Assembly: GCF_902459465.1 (NCBI RefSeq)
Contig: NC_047076.1
Location: 248,001 to 312,000 of the forward strand
Direction: 5' to 3'
Source of the DNA: Asterias rubens
Lineage: Eukaryota
Length of the DNA: 64,000 nucleotides
Position 1 is the first letter of the stretch, and every line of letters starts with the position of its first letter. The position numbers and the translations under genes were made by a program. This document shows positions 48,101 through 60,100 of this stretch, in pieces. The notes under the pieces are model-generated. The model ran no database searches. It was not told the origin of the DNA and saw only the letters and a program-made list of their open reading frames with translations.

Positions 48101-51100
48101 GAGGAATGAATTATTCAGATGTTAGTTTTAATGAGTACATTTATAGAGGAATGAAATATTCAGATGTTAGTTTTAATGAGTACATTTATAGAGGAATGAA
48201 ATATTCAGATGTTAGTTTTAATGAGTACATTTATAGAGGAATGAAATATTCAGATGTTAGTTTTAATGAGTACATTTATAGAGGGTTAGAACAATCGAGC
48301 AGTGCCAAAAGGACCAACTTTGGCTTTAAAGAGGGAAGAATCACATGTAAATACTAAGCAGTATTCATTTATTGATTCTGTTGTCAGGAAAGGGGAGGCG
48401 GGTGTTGAGTGACATTCAGAGAGAGATGTAGAAAGAATGACCTGATTACTGATTTGGTGAAGGGGGGGGGGGGTTGAGAATGAAGTCAGCTGAACTTTGT
48501 CGTGAAAGAAAAGACAAACTAAAAGCTCTATAAAAGATTTCTTTGTAAAAAAAGCTGTATTATAGAATTAGCTGATACAGGCTGCTTACCAACCCATAGG
48601 ACAGAGTGTATAAATGCCAAAATTGTTAATTGTCTGACTTTTGGACCCTAGCAGAGTCTTTCTGGAATGCTAATTGACAACACAACAAACATGGAACAGG
48701 TATAAGTACATTTATACACATGTCCATGTGTGTTTAGTTAGGGTTAGGGTTAGGGTTAAGACTCTGCTAGTCCTGGGTTTAAATCCCACCCGAGTGATTT
48801 GCCTGTTATTTTTTTTCCACAGAACTCGGAAAAGTATACAGTTTTTACATACATCATTGTATAATTGGTAAAACCAAAATGAAGACTGTGCTAGAATCAA
48901 AACGTCAGACCAATAACTATTTTGTGCATTGTAATATCAAGGTAAAACACTTCACTCTGGGGGGAGGGGGGGGGGCAGCCGATATCGATGGGGGAGGGGG
49001 GGTATTGAGGAGGGCAAGAAGGAGAGGTTTACTTACAATAAGCTCCAGAGGATTAACCTTTCCAATGACATCACAGCTAATCCCTTGGCTGGGTTCAACT
49101 TTCATCAAATACAGGAGATAGTTGCCATTCTCATCGGTCATTGGCCATTGGATGTCAAACTTTGTTAATCCAGCATTACTAGGACCATTATTCCTGACCT
49201 ACAAGAAACATTATAACAAACTTAGTAAACTTTGTTAATCCAGCGTTACTAGGACCATTATTCCTCACCTACAAGAAACATTATAACAACTCATTAAGGT
49301 CATGGGCCAAATGTCATAAAGGCTGTAAGCATAATAACTTGCTAAGCACAGAAAAGCACAGTATAGAAACAGGTTACCCGCCAAAACTACATTTAGTTTT
49401 CATTGTTGTGACTGGTGGCCCACTCAATGTTTGCTGAGCAAAGATATTTGCCAAGCAGTATTTTCTGCTTAACAGCTGAATGAAATTGGCCCTGATAGCT
49501 TCTTAATGAACAAATGAAGCAAAGTGTTGAAAATTTATTCCAGCAAGTAACAATGTTTGAAAACTTAGAAAAGAGGATTGTGTTTTATTACTTATTTAGA
49601 GAAGAAAGGGTTGGTTGGTAATAGACACAGGCGATACACTTAATTAACAACATTAACAAAACATGATGTTCAATAATAAAGCCTGGAGTAAAGTTGTTTT
49701 CAACTGTAATATCAATACTGCAATCTTGACATATAACTTCTAAGTGTTCTTCCCAACATTAAAAATGTCAATTATTTATAATGAATAATTGATTATCTTA
49801 CCTCATAAACATGGATTACCAAAGGCCCTGCTTCACTGTCTTTAATAATCTCAGGATTAACAGCGCCCTCTGGAGAAAACGCTACCTGGGCTGGTATTGA
49901 ACGCCTGATGGCAAAAAAAAACAATAAACAAATATATAAATATTATAAACAGAGGTAGTCAATTATCAAGCAAAATATAATTAACCAATTCAAAAGGTCC
50001 TTTTTTTCCTTCTTTTTTTCTACTAATTTTATTTCAATTATCTCCAAACGATAGCAAGAAACTGTCTAAAACAGAAAAGGATTACAGTCTTTATAAGTAA
50101 AAAAGAGCACAATACACACAAAAATGATGACTATATAAACAAATGATTACAACAATTCTAAAATGAGGATTGTGTAAACAAACCATGAAAAGATATATAT
50201 ATATAATCCAAAATCATTTAAAAATGTACCCAGTCAGTTTCCCTTGTGGTTTATCATTTGATATATATATATTTTTTTGTATTTTTTTGTATATATACAT
50301 ATTTTTTTTTTATGAAAGTTGCCAGACACACAAGGCCTGAAGGCCACTTCAAGGTGTGGGCTACAATTACTTTACTCCACAGGCCATTGCCACCTACTCC
50401 TGGGGCTGAAACAGGGTTACCCCTTTCACAGTCCATACGAATGTAGGCTTGGGTATCATCAATAACCCATAATACTGAAGATGATTTGTTTGAAAAGAAA
50501 CAAGTTGTAATGAAGACTTACCCTAGGAGCACGAGATCTACTTTAGCTTGTACTGGGATAGTTACATTAAAATGGTTATCCATCATCGTTGAGTCTTCTG
50601 GATTTTCACTGAAAATAAAAAACTCTGATTACTCAAACATCGATAAGTTTAATAGATATTACTTTTGCATTGGGATAAAGGAAATAACATGTTTTTTTTT
50701 TTTTACAACAATGTGTAAGAAGTCCAGAGTTTTGTGAAAACAATCCACAGGCAAATCACTTGGGTGAGATAGCTCAGTTGGTAGAGCACCGGCATGTTAA
50801 TCAGAGGTTTTTGGTTTAAATCCTGCTAGTAAATTTGTCCTTGTTCAACCCCAAATTCAACTAAAATTTACCCAATCAGTTTCCCTCGTTTGTTATTGTT
50901 TGACAACACCAAATAAAGTAATTTTGAAGTCAAGTTATACTTACCTTCCAGCTAACAGCGCGAGTGTTACAGATGATAAATCCCCACTCAGACCAAAACT
51001 AGAGAACTTCAACACAACGTTAACCTGAACAACAAACATACAACAAGAAATGCAAATCAGAGATGAGCAAATAATCTGTGCTGATGCAAGCAGGGAATTC

Positions 51101-54100
51101 CGTGCTTACATCAAGCATTAGCAGGGAATTCCGTGCTTACATCAAGCATTAGCAGGGAATTCCGTGCTTACATCAAGCATTAGCAGGGAATTCCGTGCTT
51201 ACATCAAGCATTAGCAGGGAATTCCGTGCTTACATCAAGCATTAGCAGGGAATTCCGTGCTTACATCAAGCATTAGCAGGGAATTCCGTGCTTACATCAA
51301 GCATTAGCAGGGAATTCCGTGCTTACATCAAGCATTAGCAGGGAATTTCCTTGCTCACATCAAGCATTAGCAGGGAATTCCGTGCTTACATCAAGCATTA
51401 GCAGGGAATTCCGTGCTTACATCAAGCATTAGCAGGGAATTCCGTGCTTACATCAAGCATTAGCAGGGAATTCCGTGCTTACATCAAGCATTAGCAGGGA
51501 ATTCCGTGCTTACATCAAGCATTAGCAGGGAATTCCGTGCTTACATCAAGCATTAGCAGGGAATTCCGTGCTTACATCAAGCATTAGCAGGGAATTCCGT
51601 GCTTACATCAAGCATTAGCAGGGAATTTGTGCGTGTGTACTCCCACCTTACTAGGCATTCTTGGCTTACACAGCTTGCGCAGCAATTTGGGCTTGCACAG
51701 TAAGCGGAGTTCTTAACTGCAGAACTCAGTGGTAAGCAGAACTCAGTGGTAAGCAGAACTCAGTGGTAAGCAGAGCCATGGAATAGGGCCCTGCATGTAA
51801 GGTAGACAAGTAACTATACTAGTCTTATAACAAGTTGACTGCTACCTGACTTGTCCAAGTCCTCTACTCGCACAATACTTCAACTACTAATTGACTTGCC
51901 CTAGTCCTCTATCCATTTAATACTTATGCTACTATTCGACTTGTTCTAGTCCTCTATTTACCTGAGACTTCCCCATGAGTGGGTTTCCAATATCACATGT
52001 GACTGTATTAAACTCATTCCGGCAAGTCACTGGATAATCCTATAAAAAAAAGTTAAAAACATCTAATATTTAATATTTAACCCAACCAGGAATGACAAGT
52101 ACTTCTCGATTATGGCATTCTCTTCTTACATACTCAAGTCTTTACTTAAAGTCTTGCCAGAAAGTTTTTGTACAGTCTTAAGTCTTAAATTCACTCACAA
52201 TAATTTCTAGATAAGTAAACCTTTAAGACACTCTTGATAAGACTCCTTCTTGAAGTACAAGACATTCTTACAGGATGTATTACCAGATCCTATGCACAAA
52301 GTCCTTTGGCGTTTCTATCACATTGGAATTTATTCTTAAGATCTATTTGTAATCTGCGATTCTCAGACTTTCAAATTCACTAATCATTGACTAACAATGA
52401 GAAGGACCATGTAGTGTTATGACGATAAAGAAAATGATTTGATACAACTGGGTCATTTAAGAAGTACTACTTTAAAGGATTTGGGTACTTTTTCAAAATG
52501 TCCATAGATTTACATTAAACTTACAGGGTTTGAAGATAATGATAGTGGAAAGCTTCCATTCAAATCTCACTTACTGAGGTGCTGTAGTTTTTGAGAAATG
52601 TGTAAAACAATGTCATGAAAATACGTTCGAAATGATTAAAATAATTTTCGTCTCATGAGACAAAAATTATTTGTATTACATTGTTTTACTCATTTCCCCA
52701 AAACTACAGCACCTCAGCACGTAATGTTTTCAGGGAAACTTTCTACTATCATTATCTTCAAACTGTTCAAGTTTAGTGTAAATCTGTGGACATTGTGTTT
52801 TGGGTCCTACAAAAGTTACATAGACCCTTTAATAATCACATGAATAATGTGGGATTATGAACTCAGCTTCCAAGCATCAGGTACAATAATCACAAAGACT
52901 CATTTAGAAACAAGTATAAGATTTATTAACTCAGTTTTACCGATGTATTTTAGTACTGTATACTCAGTATTTTTCCCAGAGTTCAGTGAGAAAAAAACCA
53001 GGCATATTACTCGGTGGGAGAGGAACCCACAACCTTTACCATTCTAGATGTTATTTAATATTGAATTATATACTTACTACTGCTTTGCGTTCTACTCCTA
53101 CAAATTGAAGACTTGGTGGCGCTATGACTTGGATGGTTGCTAAGAAGGCAGCCTCTCCTTGATTATTCACAACAACGTTTAGATTTAATGATTCACTTCC
53201 ACCAATCAGGAGAAAGCCTGGAGACCTGAAGAGTTAAAAGAGTACTGGTTACCAGCTAAGTTATCATGATACCTGCACAGAACAGTTATCAGCCAAGTTA
53301 GATTTAATGATTCACTTCCACCAATCAGGAGAAAGCCTGGAGACCTGAAGAGTTAAAAGAGTACTGGTTACCAGCTAAGTTATCATGATACCTGCACAGA
53401 ACAGTTATCAGCCAAGTTAGATTTAATGATTCACTTCCACCAATCAGGAGAAAGCCTGGAGACCTGAAGAGTTAAAAGAGTACTGGTTACCAGCTAAGTT
53501 ATCATGATACCTGCACAGAACGGTTATCAGCCAAGTTAGATTTAAATATTCACTTCCACCAATCAGGAGAAAGCCTGGAGACCTGAAGAGTTAAAAGAGT
53601 ACTGGTTACCAGCTAAGTTATCATGAGACCTGCACAGAACAGTTATCAGCCAAGTTAGATTTAATGATTCACTTCCACCAATCAGGAGAAAGCCTGGAGA
53701 CCTGAAGAGTTAAAAGAGTACTGGTTACCAGCTAAGTTATCATGAGACCTGCACAGAACGGTTATCAGCCAAGTTAGATTTAAAGATTCACTTCCAGCAA
53801 TCAGGAGAAAGCCTGGAGACCTGAAGAGTTAAAAGAGTACTGGTTACCAGCTAAGTTATCATGATACCTGCACAGAACAGTTATCAGCCAAGTTAGATTT
53901 AATGATTCACTTCCACCAATCAGGAGAAAGCCTGGAGACCTGAAGAGTTAAAAGAGTACTGGTTACCAGCTAAGTTATCATGAGACCTGCACAGAACGGT
54001 TATCAGCCAAGTTAGATTTAAAGATTCACTTCCACCAATCAGGAGAAAGCCTGAAGACCTGAAGAGTTAAAAGAGTACTGGCTACCAGCTAAGTTATCAT

Positions 54101-57100
54101 GAGACCTGCACAGAACGGTTATCAGCCTAGTTAGATTTAAATATTCACTTCCACCAATCAGGAGAAAGCCTGGAGACCTGAAGAGTTAAAAGAGTACTGG
54201 TTACCAGCGAAGTATAATCATCAGAAATCAGACTAAAAGTAGGAAGAATATCATAAGAGAATATCAAAGTCTTATAAAGTGCATGTCACTTATATACAAT
54301 ACAATGGGTTTTTATATAGCGCCATTTCATTTAGACCACAGCGCTTTAAACGAATAATAGCAATGCAGATAATACAACAAATGAACAATAAAGCAATAAA
54401 CAGACACTAAGGGAAAAAGATGTTTTTTAAGTGCTTTCTTGAAAATAGGCAGTGACAAGGTACTCAAGGCTCTAAGTGTATTAACATTTTAACAGAAAGA
54501 TGGGTTAAATTCTGAGACCCAAAGCAGCACCTTGTAAGGGTTTTTACAAGGTGCTACGGCGCATTCAGCAGCCACAGCCAGGAACATCCGGGCCAACCCC
54601 TTCCCCTTTTTGATAAGTGCACTGGGTTTTTTAATGTGTGTGACACATTAAGTACACGGCATTAGTGGTGAAGTGTCTTGCTTAAGGACACAGGTGTCAT
54701 GACTGAGACTCAAATCCACACTCTGCTAATCAGACACACCAGAATTTGAACTCGCTGCTCTTAACCGCTCAGCCCACAACACTTCCACAAATCATATCAT
54801 GCTAAGTCATGTAAGTGATGAATTTCTTGAGCCATGAACAGCAGTAATTTATTGACTTGACTTACGTTGTTGCTTGTACTGCTAGGTCCGGTATACAGAT
54901 GTTCTCTTTGCAGTTATTATTCAGATACACCTAAGGAGGGGTTTCAAATCAAATGGTGAATTCTCAGCTTCGGAAACTTTGAAATTCCTTAAGAGGCAAA
55001 GTTTAAACTTGTTTAATATGCTATTAAAGCCCATTTATTATTCAAAAAAATCACCAAAGTCTCATGCTGTTTAAGTTTCTTAATGAAAGTAGGAGTTTAT
55101 TAGAGACAAGTTTCTTCTCAAAAGTAAGTACACAGTGAGTTTGTATAGATTATTTTACCTGTTTCATTGAGCTAGACATAGAGTCCGTTTTCAGGAAAGG
55201 TTTCAGTTCATAAGGCTGGAACGCTGTTCCTTCTTCATTCAGACTATATTCATTAGTCACCGAGATTGGACGGAATTTATCTCGGATAACAGGCTAGAGG
55301 AACAAACAAATAACATTTCAGAAAGTTAACAAACCAGAAAATACATTTACTTCTTTCTTTTCCCTCATTTAGCAAAACAGATTTTCAAAGGTATATTTAA
55401 AATTTGAAAAACAACACTTAAATTAAAGCAACACTTAAATGTGAGAATTTTTTAAAAGGAGTCAGTAAAATAATGTTGCAATTTGGAATCTGAAAAAAAA
55501 AATATACATATATTACACTGAAATCTGCAAACCATCTCTACTTAAACAATTTGCTTTTCACTTGGTGAATTTATGATCAAATTGATATCTCTATCAAAGA
55601 TTTCCATAAGTTTTCAAACTGATTAAAAGACTTTAAAAAAAAAACGCACCTTGACATACGCCAAGCTAGCTCGACACCAACTCTCATTTTTAGTAAGCGT
55701 CATCTCAAACATTTGTTCAGTAGTTCCAGGTGTGGCACCTCCAGCGAACAGCGCCCTCGGACTAGCTATTTGATACTCATCTAGTGAAAGTTTGTACATG
55801 ACTTCTGCAGGGAGGATGGGGGAGACAAGGAAAATTGGAGGATGGGGGAGACAAGGAAAATTGTTGAAAAATGGAAGAGAATTTCTACAACTCTTACAAT
55901 ATCAAAGGAAAAAGAATAAATGGCCTGATGTTTTGAGCCTTAAAAGAGTCTTTTTCAAAGGCAAATTGACAACACAACAAACATGAATAGGTACCTAAGT
56001 GCTATTATAAGCTGTGAAGTGGAAATACATGAATAGACAGTGAGAGAGCATCAGAAAGCACACAGCATTTTACTCTTTACAATAACATACATTCTTACTA
56101 CAGCAAACTACGCTGAAAGTACAGTCAGTATTATATCTGTTTTTGATGGAAAGTAAAACTGAAACAATTTGACTTCAATTAAGGCACATATCATTTGTGA
56201 AGATACAGTTTAGTCTGACAGCTTGACTTACTTGCAGTATCTGGAATGTGTCTTCCTGTATACGTAAAGCAAGTTGTAATTTCAAAACTGTAGAAGAAAA
56301 AAGACGAAAAGACGAAAAAAACAAAAAACAATGAGCACTAAGACTATACTTTCTTTTAAATAACACAAAATAATAACCAAGTGAATGACAAAATTTAATT
56401 TATAAAATATTAACATGTTGATTTTCTAAATTAAACAAGTTAGAGGAGAATGCTTATTTTTGTTTACTACCACATGTTAGAAAGTCTGCTTCAATCAAGC
56501 AATCAATTTACAAACGCTTTAAACAAATAAAATAAGTTGCTTTTTAGGAGATAATTTATTCAAATGACCTAAGTTTTGTACGTACCTTGTTACTTTGGAT
56601 CCATCAGGGAGTGTGTACGTTTTATTATCTAAATTAATCCCCTCAGGACTGATGGACAAATCAGCTTTTAATAAAATGATCGGCCTTGCCCTGAGAACAA
56701 ACCAAACATGGAGTAAATCATCAAATATATAAAAACCTAGCAGTAAATCTCTTTCCACTCATTGCGATGGCATTTAAGTCCAGGTTACTATGGCAACCTA
56801 GTCCATAGAGAATAACCTGTGATCCAACCTAAGGCTAAATACATACAGATGTGAATATGAATAATAAAAACCTCAAATATGAAATGAAATATAAGAAGCT
56901 ATATTGAAGATGACCATATGTTATAACTCTCATTCTAACTAGGATTTATCATTGCCAAAGTTCCAATACGGAGACTGTAATTGTCATTTTTAAATTATAA
57001 AATTGAAATATGGTTCTCCATGTTGTTATTTGATATTGAAGGAATCATAAAAAAATGTTTAAAAATAGCTGAAAAATTTAATCAACACAATGATTCTGCA

Positions 57101-60100
57101 ATTAGAAAGCCTTTTTTTTCACAGTAGTTGAGTGTTTGAAATCATATATGGAAAAGTGGATTAATTGATTCATACTAATTATCAGAAAAGAGTTGGTTTG
57201 GATGAGGCCCCCCTTTTTCCTAATCCCCCTAAATGAGCGATGATTTCAAAGGAGGCTAAAATATTTGTATTTATTTTTTATTTTTAAATGATTTTTGGGG
57301 TTGAGCAAAGACTTGACTAGAGTTTTATCGGAATTCTTCTAACTTGATTTTACCTTACAAGTACTGTAGTGTCGGAGTTCTGAGCACCAATTAAAATATC
57401 TGTGTGAAAAAAAGTCACAATTTCATCCATGATTAAAGATCTAATATGACGTTTAAATTGCACCTTTAAGCCAAAAAACAATTTGATATTTGCAAGAAAG
57501 TCACTGTCTCACTGTGATCCATTGAGATCTATGCATTGGTGTGTTCAATTTGTGTAGTAGGAAACATTGCTCCAAGCAAAGACAACTTTGACATCCGAAT
57601 GGCATAGTAAAAGCTGAAATATAAACTGCTTCTTCAGCTTCTTCACGAAAAAAAAATCATCCAAATTCATAACAAAATAATCCTGATTTCAGATTTCAGA
57701 TGAAAAATAAAGCAACACTGACCGAGTTCTTTGTACTCAGAAACTCTTTCCTTCTTTAAGGAAAGGAGGGCAATTTGTTATCAAAATTCATGAAGAAAAA
57801 TCCTGGTTAGATGAAAAAACAGCAACACTGACCGAGTTCTTTCCTAATCTGTCAGCTTCAGGTGTTAGAAATCGGCAGAGTTTGATAAAACTCATTCTTT
57901 CTGACGGGAAAAAGGGAAATACTCTTGGGACTCATGGAGCAACAGAACAAAATGATTGGTTTTGATATTTACCAGGGTAATTATTCTTATCCATATCAAG
58001 TCCTCCTGCTAGCGAGAATCCAAATGTTGTAATATCCTTCAGGTTTAACCCGGCAGGAGTCAGAACCTGAAGGAGGAATAACAAAGTAACAAAGACAACT
58101 TGTCAACAAAAATTAAAATGCGTCCAAACCAAACATTGCAACTATTGATACTTCAGGTTTAACCCAGCAGGAGTAAGAACCTTCAAGAGAAATATTAAAG
58201 ATCACTTGTCAACAAAATTATAAATGCGTCCAAACCAACATTGCAACAATTCATGCTCGAGAAATAACCCAGCAGGCATTTACTACCTTTAGGAGGAATA
58301 ACAAAGAAACAAAGACAACTTGTCCAAATATAAATGTGTCACCCTGTCATCATTCATCGTTAAATAACACACTATTTAGCCCTCAGTCAAAATGGGAATC
58401 AAACTGTGAAATAACAAACTGTCATCCTTATCTAGACAGAGTTCTAGTCATCCTTCTTATAATCTCTCACAATGTGTGCTGAGATCCCACGAATACAGAA
58501 ACAGAAACAGGCAAGAAAACAAAATCTATTTGGCCTTCCAATTTAATTTCAATTCAATTCAATCAGCTTTTATTTCCATATTGGTGACAAAGGAGAATAA
58601 TAAACAAATTAGGTATAATTATTTCTGAGGTTTTGTTCACTCAAATTCTACATCATGTTAAAGACTAAAATGTGAAGGTACAGTGTACAGTGGTAGGAAG
58701 TTTAATGTGTATCAATGAATTCCTTGCAAATTACACAATTTCAATAAATATCAAGTTTTACAGAACCATCTCTAAATCATGATAAGGCACTAAAGAAGAG
58801 TAAAGCAGTTTGATTATGTAACGGTACCTGCTGTCGATTTCACCAAACTCTTCCTAACTTAGGATTAATCATAGGACTCGAGACGAGTTATATCCGTATC
58901 CAAAGACACTGAACCCATCCTAAGTTAGGACGGTTACTCGTTCTAACTCGAGATAAGATTAATCCTAGCATTTCGTGAAATCAGCTGCAGGGCTGATCTA
59001 TAGAAGATGTGACCTATGTTTACATTCAAACTGCCCTCTGTTGACAAAACACTATAATACGTCATGTTTCGCCAGGCACCGAGTTGCGTAGTTATAGTAA
59101 GATTGCGTACACTTTCTAGCTGGCTGCCAAAACACAAAGGTTTTGCCCGGCGGTATGTGCGCGAATCATGTTATGGTTTTCGTGTGACATCAGAGGTCAC
59201 ATCGTCTATATACACATAGCTTTAAGGCTATTTAAAAACAAATTTGCTGATTTTTGAGAGGGCAAACAAATCAGAAATCAGACTAAAGTATTAATACTAT
59301 AATGTGAGTTATTAACCTGCCAAGGTGTTAACTTGAGCCCATCTCGTCCTCCAATGTAGATATAAACTTCTCCACTTTGATCCTCACCATGGTAAGGTGC
59401 ACTAAGAGCGATATCTGTCAGTTAATGGAATACAGGTAGCTATCAACACAATGTTTAGTTTGTTTATACAAACAGGGGCTTGTGACGACAGATTTCTGAA
59501 GCTTGTACTTCCCTGTACTAATCTTGGTCAAGATGTTTTTTTACTGTCCGAAGATTAAACAAAAATAACAATAATAATAATATGATATGAAAAGCCAAAC
59601 ATCTATGAATCAATTCTCTCCCTTAGACTATTGTTGGGATCAAGAGGCATGCGAAATTCAGACAATCTTTGACAAAACATTCTTTTTTCTTCAGTTTGGC
59701 GGAGTTTCATAAATAAAAGTTTCACAAAATAATAGTCTTTCCACAACTATCTTTGGAATATACACAACAAAATATGATTAGAGTTTAAGCTTATTTTGTA
59801 CAAAATAAATGACAACTTTATCATTTATTTGTTTTCTATATTACCAGGACCCATTTTCATAGAGTGGCTTAAGCAGAAAGTATTGCTTAACAATTGTCTG
59901 CTAAGTAATAGTTAGCAGGCATCAGGATTATACTTTGAGAAATGGCATTTTGGCTGGTGACCAAATACTGGGAACCATTTAATTTTGTCGTGAAAAATTC
60001 AGTGTGAAAGTGCTTTACAACAGTAACAGCAAATTGAGAATATATGTAGATAATATTCATCATCATCATCAGGTCAAGCTTGCTCGACTTTCTTTGACAC

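Noticed and set aside
47881-48357. 158-aa ORF of [15 protein letters not shown] repeats
   Set aside because: A 45-bp intronic minisatellite on the strand opposite the integrin gene, with no splice or expression cues.
49862-49876. CTCF-like motif (also 55750-55762)
   Set aside because: Both lie within integrin coding exons (SPEGAV, SPRALF) and are explained by codons.
59030-59044. CTCF-like AGAGGGC motifs here and at 2585-2598 and 32977-32991
   Set aside because: Weaker matches, two of them inside MITEs. Not enough to call regulatory sites.
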